Shown piece after piece: positions 1 through 14,019 of a DNA stretch of 64,000 nt (its first letter is position 1; the number at the start of each line of letters is the position of its first letter). Where the stretch lies: the NCBI GenBank assembly GCA_028534125.1, contig CM052832.1, forward strand, positions 21,330,001 through 21,394,000, in the 5' to 3' direction. The translations under genes and the position numbers were made by a program. A model generated the notes under the pieces. The model was not told the origin of the DNA and searched no databases. It worked only from the letters and a program-made list of their open reading frames with translations. The DNA comes from Lama glama. Taxonomy: Eukaryota.

Positions 1-95
1 CTTAAGATCATACATCTAGCCACTGAAGAAGAGGGATTTAAATCTTGGCAGTTAGACTCTAGAGCCTGGGTTTTAAATCACTCTGCTATTCTGCC
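1..95 (-). mobile_element. MIR SINE fragment
   Basis: Reversed MIR head: GGATTTAAATCTTGGCAG..GACTCTAGAGCCTGGGTTTTAAATCACTCTGCTATTCTGCC. Confidence 0.7.
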
Positions 96-119
96 AAAAC
101 ACTTAACTTTAGCAATAAG

Positions 120-1298
120 AAAACAAAATAAAGTTGGAACTCTACCTCACACCAAAATATACAAAAATAAAGACCTAAATATAAGAGCAAACTATAAAAC
201 TCCAGGAAGAGAACACAGATATAAATCTTTTTGATCTGTCTTGAGGCAATGGTTTCTTAGACATGATACCAAAAACACAAACAACAAGAGAAAAAATAAA
301 CTGAACTTTATAAAAATTAAAAAATTTCACACTTCAAAGGCTCTATCAAGAAAATTGAAAGACAAGCCACAGAACAGGAAAAAATTTGTAAATTGTGTAC
401 CTGATAAAAGTCTAGTAACATCTAGAATACATAAAGAACTCTTAAGACTTTTGCCAACAACAAAAATACAAACAGCCCAATTTAAAAATAGGCAAAGGCC
501 CTGAATAGATATTTTCCCAAAGAAGATATATAATGACCAACAAGTATATGTAAAAATGTTCAGTATCATTAGTCATTAGGGAAATGCAAATCAAAACCAT
601 GATGAGATAACACCTCATACCTACTAGGATAGCTATAATAAAAAAATTGAAAAGACAATAATAAGTAGTAGGGAAACTGGAGAAATTAGAATGACATACA
701 TTACTGACAGGAAAGTAAAATGGTACAGTTGCCATAGTAAACAGTTTGGCAGTTCTTCAAAAAGTTACTCTATAACTCATCAGTTTTACTGTTGGGTATA
801 TATCCAAGAGAATTGAAAACATATTTCTACACAAAAGCATTTACATGAGTGTTCACAGAAGTATTATTCATAATAGAAAGTGGAAACAAACAGTGTTTAT
901 CAACTGATGAATGTATAAACAAAAAAAGATACGGCTATACAATGGAATAGTATACAATCACGAAAAAGAATTAATTACTGATACATCTGCACCACAGATG
1001 AAACTTGAAAACATTATACTGTATGAAAAAAGGCAAACACAAAAGATTGCATACTGTATGATTCCACTTTAGGAAATGTCCAGAATAGGCAAGTCTATAG
1101 AGATAGAAAATAGGTTAGTGGTTGCTGAGATTAAGGTGAGGGGGGAATGGGGTGTTAACTATTAATGAGTTAGGGTCTCCTTCTTCTGGGATAGTGAAAA
1201 TGTAATGGCTGCATAACTTTGTTAATATACTAAAAACCATTGAACTGTCCACTTGAAAAAGATGAATTTAATGGTATGTGAATTCTCTCTCAAAAAAA
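120..1298 (+). mobile_element. Old L1 (L1MB-like): decayed ORF2 3' end plus 3' UTR
   Basis: ORF2 C-terminal remnant (LNFIKIKKF), ATCATTAGTCATTAGGGAAATGCAAATCAAAACC, GCATACTGTATGATTCCACTT, short A tail near 1292-1298. Confidence 0.9.
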
Positions 1299-1599
1299 GT
1301 AGATCCCTGAAATAAATGTTAGCCAAGATAAAATAATTTCAGATGTACTATATTTATTAGAGACTGTCTTTGGAGGAACAAAAGGTTGGCCGCTTTCCAT
1401 TAATATGTATGTACAGTAAAAATAATCTTAAAGCCTCAAAGATGACTTTAAGTTGTACTATGGAAAATGGAAATTTCAGCTTTGCTTTGAACTAAAACTT
1501 CCTCAAAGTACATGAGAACTAAAACTAAAAAGATTTAGCATACATTTTTAAAAAACTTGGTAAATTCTAATCAGATTTATAGATATTGAAAATGTAGAA

Positions 1600-1770
1600 T
1601 TTTTGGTTTGGACTCTGCCACTGATAAAAGACCTTGGGCAAGTTTCTTAATCTCTTTGAACATGAGTTTTCCTATTTGTAAAATAGGTAAAATAAAATCT
1701 CCTTTGCAGGGGATTTGCCAACATTCAACGAAATAACAAATTCAAAGTGCGGGACACATTTCATTGCACC
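1600..1770 (+). mobile_element. MIR SINE
   Basis: MIR core GACCTTGGGCAAGTTTCTTAATCTCTTTGAACATGAGTTTTCCTATTTGTAAAATAGG. Confidence 0.85.
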
Positions 1771-3834
1771 CGGGGGGCTGTGTTGCTGCTGGTGGCGATG
1801 ATGATGAGGACAATGGGGGATGCAAGCATCCCAGATAATGGGACCCAACAATCCCCAGCACAGGGCTGGAGGTGAAGTAGATCCTAAACAAACACGTGGG
1901 CGTTGATTCGTTATTTCCTGCTGGAAGCCAGACAAATGAAAAACATTTGTCTTCAATTTGTCATCTCTTTTCAAGGGACATCCTAGCCATAGGCTGTAGC
2001 ATGTCCTCTTTAACTAGCAAATGCGCCTTCCCCTCTCATGAATGCTGGCTCAGGGCAGGCTACTCTACAATCTAATTTTCTTTTGATTATATTTTCCCCA
2101 TCTAAGAAAGTTTACTCATTCGGTATTAAGCCAAACCGCGTAATCTGGAAGAACGAATTACAACTCCAGTTGGAAAGACCTCACTGGGTTTCAGCCATTG
2201 CTGGGAAAGTGGTAGTCCTTGTTTAAAGTCATTATTTTAACTGGCCAAGTGCCTTCTGCTTCCAGATTAATAAGCTCTGCATCATGCCTAAAGCCTGGAC
2301 ATTATTTTCACTTTTACACTAAATTTCACCAGATTTATTTTGAAAAGAAAAACACACCCTCAATTTCAGAAGTCAAAACTCCTGTGAGTTTTTTTAGTCA
2401 CCTTTTTTGGAGATCGAAGCTTTTGGGGAAAAAAAAAAAATCTCACCACGCTGGTTTTAGTGCCCTTCGGCCATCCAGCTGTTTTCACAGGCAAAAGGAA
2501 ACAATATTTGGTTTTTGTTCATCTATTTGTTTCCGAGAAACTTTTGCCATGCCCCAGTTTAAACCGTACATATTAACATTAATCTGGTAAACAATGCAAT
2601 ATTTGGGGACCAAATCAGTTTCAGACACTTGTTTTGGGATATTACAATAGATTGAATTCAACAGGTTCAATACTGCCCCCTCTCCAAATTACTACAAAAC
2701 CTAAAAGTGAAAACACAAGCTGAAGTCAAAGGGTAAAAACAGAGGTACTGTTCCTTCTATAAGATGTTTCATCAAATACCAAGTTTTGGAACTATTCAGC
2801 TAATTCTCAAATGTTCCATGGTAATTAACTGGGCCAGTGAAAACCTAAAGTAAAACAAAAACTTTACTTTTGCCTCCTCCAAGAGAAAATTTGAATCCTC
2901 TCTTGATAACAAGGAAAATCATGTATTGGCTTCTACGCCTTCCTTTCCGTCTGTCACCCTCTCACCTCCAAGTTCTGAAATAGCCCGAAGTCAGAAATAT
3001 GTTAATGTCCAACCCAAGGGCAAGTTCACTGAGTTTGGGAAATTAGCCTCTGAAAATCCAAATCTGATGGCAGTTCCAGGAAGATTTCTGAGGAAGAGCA
3101 GATCCACTGGGGAAGCCCCAGTTAACTTGTCACCGGGGGACCCACCCTTGGCCCGTCAGCCCAGTGCCTGCCCCAGTGAGGGGGCATTTGTGCGAGAGGA
3201 TAGAACTACCCTTGGATGTGAACTCCTCTCCCCAGCGGTTACTGAATTATTGTCTGTGTATTTGTCTAAACCCTAAAGTTATTTTTATCTTTTTACCAGG
3301 GTAACAAGTCCTGTATGTATCCAATCTACTCCATAAAATAAAACTCCTTTTTTATTTTCCCCTTAAACTAACTCCTTTAAGCTTCAAAAAGATTCTGAGA
3401 TTTGGGGAACAAGTTCTTTCACAGATTTTCCCTACCTTTTATGACTTGACAAGACTTTCTTCAGTTCCCTCCAGCTTTAGTCTCTTACCACCACCAATAC
3501 CATCATCCCAGCAAGCATCAAGAACAAGGTGGGAGCGGAGACAGTAAACTGTGGGGGGGAGGGGCAGGGGGAGGATGGAATAAAAGCCATTTGATGGGGG
3601 GCAGAGGGAAAGATGACAGCCAGTCAGCCATTGCACTGGAAAAGGCTTTCAGTAAAATATCAGTGATAACTTGGAAGAAAGTCCTTCACAGTAATTCGTT
3701 TGGCCTTTGCAAGCGATATGTAGTTGAAAGAAAGGGATTACAGGTTAAACTTTTTGCTACACATGACAAAAGTATTAAAAACAGAGTCTTGCTATAATAA
3801 AGGCTTTCTAAGTCACATATATTAAAACCTCAAT

Positions 3835-4105
3835 GACCAAAAAAGTCCCATGTTGTATGATTCCATTTATGTGAAATATCCAGAATAGATAAATCCATAG
3901 AGATAGAAGATTAGTAGTTGCCAGGGGCTGGAGTGAGTTAGGGAGTTGGGGGGCGGGGGTTGACTGCTTACAAGGTACAGTTTCCTTTGGGGTTGATGAA
4001 AATGCTTAGAAACTGAACTGAGGTGATGACTGCACAACATGGTGAATGTACGAAATGCCACTGAATTGTGTGCCTTAAAAAAGTTAACTCCATATGTGAA
4101 TTTTA
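3835..4105 (+). mobile_element. Old L1 (L1MB-like) 3' UTR fragment
   Basis: TGTATGATTCCATTTATGTGAAATATCCAGAATAGATAAATCCATAGAGATAGAA..TAGTTGCCAGGGGC, similar to 1055-1290. Confidence 0.85.
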
Positions 4106-4134
4106 AGCCTGTCTCATTATATATAATGTGCATT

Positions 4135-5390
4135 TAATTTAACAAATATTTGAGTGTCAGTAATATGCTGACCGCTTTGCAAGTGCTGGGGCTTCATCAA
4201 TGAAAAAGATAACAGCTCGTACGGAGTTTTCATGTTACCCATGAAATCATCATGCATTGTGAGCAGCAGTGCAACGGGGAAAACACAGAGTGGTGGGAGG
4301 GACGTTTAACCCAGACTTGGAGGATCACGGAAAGCTCCCTACAAAAGTAACATTTACATGGAACTTAAAGGTGCTGTTCATTCCACAAATGTGTCCTAGG
4401 ATGTACCAGTCATTGATACCAGCCCTGGGGGGACAGCAGTTAACAAAATGAAGCCCTGCCCTCATCAACCTTATGTCCCTGTAGAAGAGACAAAGGACAC
4501 AAATAAAAGTGACAAATGCCACGGAGAAAAGTCAGGGAGGTGGGTAGAGGGGCGTATGCAGGGAGCAAAGGTCCAAGTGCTGCTTTGGACAACTGGGTCA
4601 AGGACTCCCTTACTGGTAAACTGACATTTGAGCAGAAACCCAAAGTTAGGGAGGATGGAGGGCAGATTCCAATCTGGGGAAACAGCAGTCCAGGCAGGTC
4701 ATGGCAAGTGCAAAGACCCAGAGAGAGGAATTCTTGGTGGACTTAAGGAAAACAAGGACAGTGGGTTTACAACACAGTAAAAAAAAAAGGGGGCAGGAAT
4801 TACAATTCAGATCACTGAGGCCCCAACATCCACAGGACATTGGCTTGACTCTAAGATGCAAAGACTTTGGATGCTCCTAAGCAAAGCAGCAATTCTAGAA
4901 GAACTGTAGCTGCTGTGCTGAGAAAACAGCTATAAGGGCACAAGAGAGAGGAAGCAGGAAGATGAGTTAGGAAGCTGCTGCATTTAAGCAGGCGAGAGAC
5001 AAGGCGGGGCTTGGGCCGGATACAGACATGGAGGCAGGAGGAAAGGACTTGATTCTGGATAGATGTTCTCTGAAGACGGAGTCAACCATTTTGCTGGTGG
5101 ATTTGATGTGGGTAATGACGGGTGGGATGATCCCAAAGTTTTGGCCTGATGGTTTGGAAGAGTGGAGTTGACATCTGCTCAGATGGGGAAGACTGCAGGA
5201 AGAACAGGTTTGCTGGATGGAACCCAGGAGTTGAGGTCAGAACTTGTTGGGTTTGAGATGCCTGAGAGACATCCGAGGGGTGATACTGAATAAGAAGCTG
5301 GAGTTCAGGTTGGATTCTGGACTAGAGGACATCAGCAAACAGATGGCATTTAAACTATGAAACTGAAGATCACCTAGGAGTGAGTTACCC
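4135..5390 (-). mobile_element. L2 LINE fragments (two 3' ends)
   Basis: Reversed L2 tails ATTTAACAAATATTTGAGTG (4138) and TTCATTCCACAAATG (4377). Body motifs CTGACATTTGAGCAGAAACC and GTTTGAGATGCCTGAGAGACATCC. Confidence 0.85.
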
Positions 5391-6094
5391 AGAGTTTGAA
5401 AGTCAACTAAAAACCAGACAGCCCTGACTTACGCTGAGCAGATCATTTATGTGGGGAGGGAAGCAGGCATGACAGAGCTTGGAAACTCAGCAAGCATTTA
5501 TATGCCAGATCCAGTTTTCACCAGACATCTCAAAATGGTTCAGGAAAGAGTCAAGGCATATGTACAGACAGGAAAGACGGCATGTCTCCAAAGACAGATA
5601 GGAGCTGATTTAAGGGGGGGAACCTGACAGTCATGGAGCACAGCCTGCTGCCTCCTCTGCTCTGCAGATGTCAGGGGCGCTGTGTTCTTAACAGGAGCAC
5701 CATCCCAGAGCAGGGAAGCTAGAAGCACAGAATGGGCTGCCTCTGAGTTTATTCCGTCTTGTTTCGTTTCATTTTATTATCGTGAATAAACAAGTGTATT
5801 TCTAGTCATTGGAGACACTTTTACAAATAGATAGCATGAGAATTTTGAACCCACAAGATCATTTCTTTTTTCACTCTTTTCAGCAGCAGAATGATAAGGA
5901 ATAGATCAACTTATGCTGCTGGAGGGACGGGCTGTTACTCAGGGCCTAGTCTTCAGACAGACCTGGGTATCAGTGGCCCCAAATGCCCACTCCCTCCTCG
6001 AGCGGCATAAATGCTAAAAGACCCTTTGGACGGAGGTCCTCTCTGACATGTGCCTGATAATCAAACATCATTTGCAGTGCTGTGCTAATGCGGA

Positions 6095-6745
6095 TGTTAT
6101 GCAACCAGGTTTGTTTGCCTGACTTGCAGCAAGCCAAATGCTGAGACACTGAGGTTTGCAGGAGAAAAGAGGTTTACCTACAAGGCAGCTAAACTAGGAG
6201 CTGAAAGAAACGTCGCAAATCAGCCTCCCCACAGCAACGGGCTTTGGGAAGAGGATAAGGGAGTTGGAGGTGCAGGGGGAGGTGCAGGGAAGTGACTGGA
6301 GGCAGGAAGGAGGTGAGGTCATCACTGCTCTGTGCAGGCGTATCTGAGTTACATGCTTTTCCATCTGACACATGTTCGGAAAATGGTGGCATTAGCATGA
6401 TCTGAGGATGGTGTTTGTGACCCTCTGACGGCAAAAGGTCACTGAGTGGACACTCGTGCATGCCTAGCTGGAGGGCTGGGGGTCGCAGCCAGTCTCAACT
6501 GGCTCAGACTCCAGCTGGACAGAAGCTGACTCCACGTTCCTGAAGAACGACTCAATCGGCCATTACCACGGCAATCATACATCAGACGTGTTATCTGTAG
6601 GCGGCAGAGTATTGCCCGAGCTACGTGAAGCTCAGAGGGTATGCAGTTTGCAAGGACAATTATTCCGTGAAGGCAGGCTACAGGATATTACTTATTAAGC
6701 AAGCTATGGTTGAAGGCGTCTAAGTGATGACTGACCTCTGTTTCA
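6095..6745 (-). mobile_element. ERV1-type solo LTR (MER41/MER39-like 3' end)
   Basis: TG...CA termini. The minus strand ends AAACCTCTTTTCTCCTGCAAACCTCAGTGTCTCAGCATTTGGCTTGCTGC..GGCAAACAAACCTGGTTGCATAACA. The right boundary could instead be about 6773. No clean TSD. Confidence 0.75.
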
Positions 6746-7670
6746 CAGGTGGAAATTTTCCTCCCTGTTCTCATCTCGTTTTCAAGTGGATAGTTCTTTA
6801 TGGTTCCCCTACAGGTTGTGGTTGGTTGGTTGGCCTTACTAATCTTTCTTTGGCTCTCACTCACGCAGAATTCCCCATTATTGGCCCAGAACTCCCACAC
6901 TTACTGGTGACCTTATTAAAGTTAGATTCTGCAGTTCATAATCTACGACGGTAAGACTTTGTTCAATTTGCTGGAACACTTAACCTGACCAAAATTGCTT
7001 GGACAAAGAGGTCTGGGAGAACCACTGATTGCATAAGTCTTCCTTTCCTGGGGCAAAGTGCCTCTATTCCCTTGAAGACAGTATCCTTCGCTGTGAAACC
7101 AAATCTGCTTCCTAGCACAGTTACCCCAAACTGACTACTATTGACGGTCGTTAGTGGACACTGATAACATGATCTGCTCTGACGGAGCCAACCATACAAA
7201 TAGAGGGGTTGGTGGCCTCTGCCTGGTATGATTTAGCAACAGGGGAGGGGCTCCCATTTCAGGACCTGAGCTCTGTTGCCTGACACTCCACCAAGAGTGA
7301 ATCATTTCTTTACATTAGGCATGGCCTTTTGGAAGACATTCTTCAAAGAGGTATGCTGAAGTCAGTTGGTGGTTAAGAGAGTGGGAGGGGGGTGCTACCA
7401 AAAGAGGTGAAGAGGAAGAAAGCTGAAATAAGGATGGAGACAACTCTGTGTGCTGAGTCTTATTAAGGATTGCATTGCAACACTGGTGTGAACAGAGTAG
7501 GTAACAAGTATGAGAGAATGATTCCAGCATGGCTCAAACCAGAGGCACATGCCCATTGGGGACTTACTATTTATTTGTGGGAAAACTTCACAAATAAGCC
7601 AAGAGTCAGTTTGATTTGTAATTGGCCTACTAATTCAATATAAATTGTAGGTTTTTTTTTTTTTTAAAGA

Positions 7671-7890
7671 CAGTGATTCTCAACTGTGGGCAATTTTGCC
7701 CCATTCTCCCAGGAGTTATTGGCAATATCTGGAGACATTTTTGGTTGTCACAAGTCAGGGGTGGTACTACTGGCATCGAATGGATAGAGGCCAGGGATGC
7801 TGCTCAGCATCCTGCAATGCACAGGAAAGTCTCTTCCAAAAAAGAATTATCTACCCCAAAATACAATTGTGCTACAGTTGAAAAACCCTG
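7671..7890. mobile_element. MER20 hAT-Charlie DNA transposon
   Basis: TIR-like ends CAGTGATTCTCAACT / AGTTGAAAAACCCTG. Internal GGCAATATCTGGAGACATTTTTGGTTGTCACAA and TAGAGGCCAGGGATGCTGCT. Confidence 0.92.
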
Positions 7891-10800
7891 CTTTAGGGTT
7901 AGAGGCAAGTAGACAGGGTTGTAGAAATGACAGAACTATCATATAGAACTTTCGTGTTACACCTTGCCCAGGAAAAGGAATGCACAGGTATAAAGCATGA
8001 ATGCAAAAAGTGGCCCTTGAATGCCCTATTCAGAAATTCATCGTTACGTCCAGCCGGACCGTCTACTATTTGGAGAGTTGGATTTTGGTCCCTCCATCTA
8101 ATCTGTTCATTACCATCTCAGAAGCCAGGAGAAGGCCAGGAATCTCAGCCAATCCTTTTAAGAAGCCCTGGGCCCCTGTTACAGTAATATCTCTAATTAG
8201 TATGTTCTATGGGAGGAAGTTTCCTTATAAATACATCACTCAATTGGTGTATCTTGATGCGTAGCAAAAATGTCTCAGTGCTCGGATTCTAATTGTTCCA
8301 GCAAATGAATGGCAGACAGATGCCATGTGAGGCCATCTCCTCTGGCCTCTTCGATACTTCTTTCCCTCTGATGGGAGTCATTCCCTCCTACCTCCCTCCA
8401 GCACAGTGTGCACTCTTTGACCCTCACCTATTTGCCTTCTTCTCTATCCAGTCCCTCCTTCCCCAAGAGCAAGGGAAGATGACTAAGAGCTGGTTACAGA
8501 AGCATCTGCCGTCACTCACTTCCCTTTATTGATCGATGCATTTAACAGCAGCTCATCTACAGCAGACGATGACCTCAGAGGGTATTTGCAGGATTAAAGG
8601 GTTTCTCCATTCCACCCTTCACTTTGGCAAAGCCACTCTGGACTTTAAAAGCAGCCAAGAGATCTTGGCGGAGGGCAAACCAAATTTGGAAATTTCACTA
8701 AGCTTATCACTTTGTCTGAAGGTAAGTCTGATTTAATCTTGAAGACTCACTGGGGAAGGGGAGAGGCATTAGAATAGGTGTGTGCTCAGAAGGGACCAGC
8801 AGTAGCCTCTGTTGCCCGACGCCCCCTGACTTGGGGAAGACCTGCCAACTTGGCCCACCTGGGAGTTGAAGAAAATGTTTTCAATCCTTCCTGAACACTC
8901 CATCCTCTTAAAAGAACAGCCTCAGCTGGCAATCTGCTCCCGGCAGGATTTCTTCTGGCTTCTGACTGTCAATCAGTCAATCAATTCTTCCCCTTTACAC
9001 CCAGGCTTCTAAGACACATCTTTACCATCTACTTGTATCTATCGACCGAAACCTGCATTACTACTGGAAGCCTTTTTCTTCTAGTACCGGAAATGCCCTG
9101 ATGTAGCACCATGGGCCCTCCTTTAACCCTCTGATATTCTGACTCTGATTGTGTAGTCTCTGATAATATGTGTCCCTGGAATGCCTCACTTGGCTAATGG
9201 AAGCATCACTGTACTGCAGTCATGATCTCTGTTCGGGAGACTCTGGTCTTAACCCCACTGGAACCTGACTGGTATCTGTAGGATAAAAGAGAAATGTTGC
9301 TGAGTAGTCAAGAGAATTTGTCCAGACCTCCAGCCCCAGGGAGAAAGGGAAGGAGGGCGGGAGGGAACCAACCTAATCTTCGTTCTTCCAGCAGAGATAC
9401 AGAGGCTGGGAAACATCCCTAACAACCGAAGCATGGCTCACTCCCTTGTAGGCGCCTTCCCATAAGGCACTTAGGGGAAAGTTACATCGCTCTTTTCCCT
9501 CAGCCTTTATATCTTTTTAGCCAAGTTGTTACAAGCCACTGATTTCTATCCCATAAATTATTTAAAATTCCACCTTCACATTGGGATTGGGAAATCAATC
9601 TCCCTGATTAAAAAGTGACCGGCTTCACATTTCTAAATGTCTCTTTAATCTTTTAATTATGTCTAGTTACAGACAGCAAGAGCCTCTGAGAAGCAGAGAA
9701 GGGTGCTCTGTGCTAAGTGAGCTCAAAAGATCTCTACGTCCATCAGCCTTTTTACTTAACCGTCTGGCACTGTTACTGTCAGGTAGGAGAGCGTGTAGAA
9801 ATACAGCCTGAAGACCAGGACCTTAATACACAGCTATTTCCATGTCACATGCAAAGTTTTGTTGTTTCTAGTTTCTCCAACAATATTCACCATTCTAGCA
9901 TCTAACTGGAGACTTGGCATCTATAAACACTCCTTTAACTTAAAGCACTGAGGCATGTGAATATTCATGTACGGGCCTGAGAATTCAACCCAAATCCACC
10001 ATCATCAATAGGACAAGCCAAAGTAACCCGGCTAAATGTGTACGTTTTTAAATTGACTCCGGTGCCAAGACTGTTGGGAGAAGAATTACAGTCACTTCAA
10101 CCACCCAGTTCTTCATGAGAAACTACTCCTCACTAGTGAGCTAGATGAAAAACAGTCTCCAGAAGGCTTTTAAATGTAAGCAGCAGATGATGGAGTGCAA
10201 AACAAGGAGCGAGGGATCCAGGTAAGCCCTAGAGCGCTTCTTGGAGAAGTCATTAATTATGTGCGTTGTTTGAAAATGCACTGAAGTCTGCGATAATGTG
10301 GCCCAAGAAACCAAAGCACTTCAAAACCCCAGACCCAGACGTGCAGCCAGCTCTTCTTAACTCTAGACCCCAAGGAGCATCGGCAGAAATCCCTGCTGAC
10401 TAATCAGCTTGCTTAAACACTGTAAACCACTGTTTTAAAATATTCTTGCCATGATATGAATCGCACTGTAAATTTCATAGCCTCTGTTCCAAGTGTCTAG
10501 TGGAGAAAAAACACATTTAGCATTTTAAGGTCCAGTCTAAACAGAGACTAGAATGGAGGCTCCAGGGAGACACCTTGGGGTTGAAAAGGCAGGTTCTGAT
10601 TCCCTCCCTTGCACGTCTGCACGGTTGGGATGTTTGGGTATGCACAACGCTGGTGGACCTGAAGCACCATGATAAATGGTCATAGGCAAGGGGAGAGATT
10701 GGCTGGGAGGTTTCTAAGGCAGTGGACCACTTTAGCAGACTCACCCGCCTTTGGCCTGGCAAGGTCAGTAGGCTTTCTCCATCTAATCTAGGTGGGACAC

Positions 10801-12659
10801 TGACAGCATCCCTGGGAGATGATGTGTTCCTCGGTCTTACCACCAGGTACTCGTGATAAGGTGAGTCTATGCAATTCTTAAATTTAAAGGACAACCTCGT
10901 TATCTCTCCTTGTGTTTCAAGGACCACTCCTGAAATCTCTTGGAAATAATGAAAACTGATATTCTCTAAGACTATTCTAAGAAAGGTGATTTAGCTCGTG
11001 TGCCCTATAATATTGCCCAAATTCTTCTAATCTTGATCCCAGATGCCTCAAAAATCCAACCTTGAGCTAATTAAGACATTCTAGTTGAGTTGATCTGGTA
11101 TTGTAATGACCTAAGGATTTCCTTTATAAAATTAACTTTTTAAAAAGGTTGTGTATTTATGTTCTTACAGTTTTATTTTTAATTTGCCTGGTCTGAAGCC
11201 CTATAATTATCTCTGAAGAACACACCAGATCTGTTCCTTCCTATGGAATTGGAAGGATCTTCAAGGGAAACATTGCCCTTCTGACCTAACCTTATTTACA
11301 TGTAAGGCTAGAACAGTGAATTAAGATAAACCATCAAACAGTCATTAGGCACAGCCCAAGTGATAGAGAGGTACAGGGATAAATATACAAAGAGAGATCC
11401 CTGTAGACATAGATTCAGACTGACAGGTATAGTTGGAGAGAAAGAGAGAGAGTTGAAAATCAAGTGAAACATACCAAAGTAACTAAGTAAATACAAGATA
11501 GAATAAAATAAATTTCAAAAGAGAAGAACACTAATTTGTGCAAAAAGGTAATACATTTCCTTTTAGGTGTATTGATTGTGAATTTCCTAAGAGGTGGAGA
11601 TGAGTGTGTAGACTGGCTGTCATAAGTATAGAAGTCACAATCAGAATGCTGGAAGTAGGTGGGCTTCTCCTAGGGGTGGGGAATGACAGAAAAAGACATG
11701 ATCTACAATAATACTGAAGAATTGCAAAGCATAATCAAAGAAGTCCTTCTAAGAGAATTTACTAAAAAGGTGTTTCAGAGAGTCAGATGTTGCAGAGTTC
11801 AAGGAAACACTCACAGACAAGAGGCCGTTGGCTGGTAGATCTCTTCAGAGCAGGGCGTATGCCACACACAGTGGGAAATACATGAGGAAGGCAAGGTCTC
11901 AGCACACAAAGGACTTCCAACAATAACTGAGAGGGCAAAGCTGCCCCAAAGAGTGGTATTAAAACTCAGAGCTAAAATGCAAGATGCCTGCTATGGAAGG
12001 TGGGGCATTCTATGATGGTTCAAGATGCCGGCTGCCAAGGAGCCTTTTGACTCCACAAAGAGCAGGAGCAGATGCTGCCCAGATTGCTACAGTAAGGATG
12101 GCATTGAGGCTAGAATATTTTTTTAAATACAAATAGCCCTAATATAATGTAAGTGCCCAAGCCAGAAAAGGATGAAGGATGGTTTAGCCCAGTATCACTC
12201 TTGCATTCATGAAAGGAAGAGTGAACAGCGGATGTGATCAGAAGACACCAGACTGCAGCTCTGTGGATGAAAGCTACTGTGCATGAAAGGACACACGGAT
12301 GCTTCGTCTCACCACCTCCTTTCGCCTTTTCCTCTCACTGCAGAGTCTTACGGCCAGAGACTCTCTCATCTGCAGACCTGCCAAAGGCTCCTTTACACAA
12401 AGAATGGAGACTATCTGTTACCTTTTCTTATTTCTAATTATGGTGTACATAAGCAGCGTTGGATTTGAAGTGTTATTTGGGCATTTACAAATAATGTTAG
12501 TGTTCCTTAGTTCTGTTTGCAGCCCCACAGAACAAGTCATCCAGGAAAGAATAGTGGCTTATGAGTATCAGCAAATAGGGAAATACATTCTAAAGGAAGA
12601 AAATGGCAAATAATAATTCATATATCAGGAAAATACCTCAGCCTGTGCAATCCAAACAT

Positions 12660-12800
12660 TCTTTCGTTTATTCATTCATTCAGTAAATATGCATTAAGTG
12701 CCAACTTCATGCCTGGCATTACCCGAAGGGTGGGGCTACCCGTAAGAATAGCGTATGGTCTCTCCATTTGAGAGGTTCACTGCCTGCTGGAGAAGGAAGA
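12660..12800 (-). mobile_element. L2 3' end fragment
   Basis: ATTCATTCATTCAGTAAATATGCATTAAGTGCCAACTTCATGCCTGGCA. Confidence 0.75.
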
Positions 12801-12859
12801 AAAAATACCCACCGCTTATTCTCTACCTACTTCCCATCAAGAACCGCCCATGGCCCTTT

Positions 12860-13035
12860 ATCTGGTTTCATTTATTTAATACAACCACTCCGGGAGTTAG
12901 GTGTCATTATCCTGCTCTGATGTCACAGGAAGTTTAGGTGCAGCAAGACTGAGGAATTGACCAAAGTCACACAGCTAATGTGTGGAATTCAAGCCCAGCT
13001 CCCCTGAAAAAGACCACGCTCTTGGCCCTGCACTA
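12860..13035 (-). mobile_element. MIR SINE
   Basis: GAATTGACCAAAGTCACACAGCTAATGTGTGGAATTCAAGCCCAG. Confidence 0.75.
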
Positions 13036-14019
13036 CGCGACCTCCCCAAAATGAATGAGATTGTCAGCTGTCAGAGATTACAGAGATGTTTACAAATTAT
13101 AACGACGATATGATTATCGTAATAATAACATCATTTTCAAGGCTTGCCCAGGGCTTTTATCAGCACTGAGCATTTTAGAACCCACACACGCCAGTGGATC
13201 GACTCTGAAGGGCAGAGCCTGGGGAATCTTCCCATGATGAGGAGAAGATGTATTTAGAGCTCCTTCCATCTCTGGTGATACTCCTCTAAGGTCCAGGGCC
13301 TGCTAAAATAGAGCGTCTGTCCGTCTGTCCATCTATCTATCACACATAGCTGTAGCTCTATGATATAGCATACAGCTGTAAGTACACATTTCCGACTTTC
13401 ACACTAGCCAGAGCCATGGATCCTATGTAAAAAAAGCATCAAGAAAAAGTGACCTAGACATTTTTATCACCTTTGGAAGGGCTGGTACTCATTGCACTGG
13501 GTGCATGTTTCTCAACTAAGATGAATTACATTTCTAATATTTATCTGTTCTCTTATCAGTCTCTTTCACTAGACTACAAAGTTTTCCAGGCTAAGGACTC
13601 TGTTTCCTTCATCATAACATCTCCAGCTTATATAGCAATTCACTGTACATAATAGGTGACCATTAAAATGTTTACTAAAGAAAAGAAAAAAAAAACCTGC
13701 AGCTCTGTTCATTCATTGTTGTTTTTAAGTTTATTTGTAAAAGTCTGTGCTAAGTCCTAGGAGAACAGTCAACACAATACCGAATCAGACAAACCCTGGC
13801 CCTGGTCTAACCTAGTTAGCATATCCAACTTTTACATATTATTCATTTAATATATAATAGAAGACTGGGTCTGCCATATCAACCTTGAAATAAACGCTAT
13901 GTTTTTATGGTATATAAATTTCCACTCTGATTTCATTTACTGATACAAGGTCCAACATCCCTTAGAAGAAATAAGCTGCAACTCAGAAGTAATCATCAAT
14001 CAAGTTACAAAATTCATAT

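Noticed and set aside
241..735. ORFs of 80-97 aa with L1 ORF2-like words
   Set aside because: Frameshifted remnants or antisense frames of a dead L1, not genes.
5860..5972. Strong acceptor with CAGCAGCAG
   Set aside because: No convincing downstream donor (only a weak GTATCA).
9186..9300. Minus-strand acceptor CTCTTTTATCCTACAG
   Set aside because: The frames I read hit stop codons and the donor is weak. Insufficient support.
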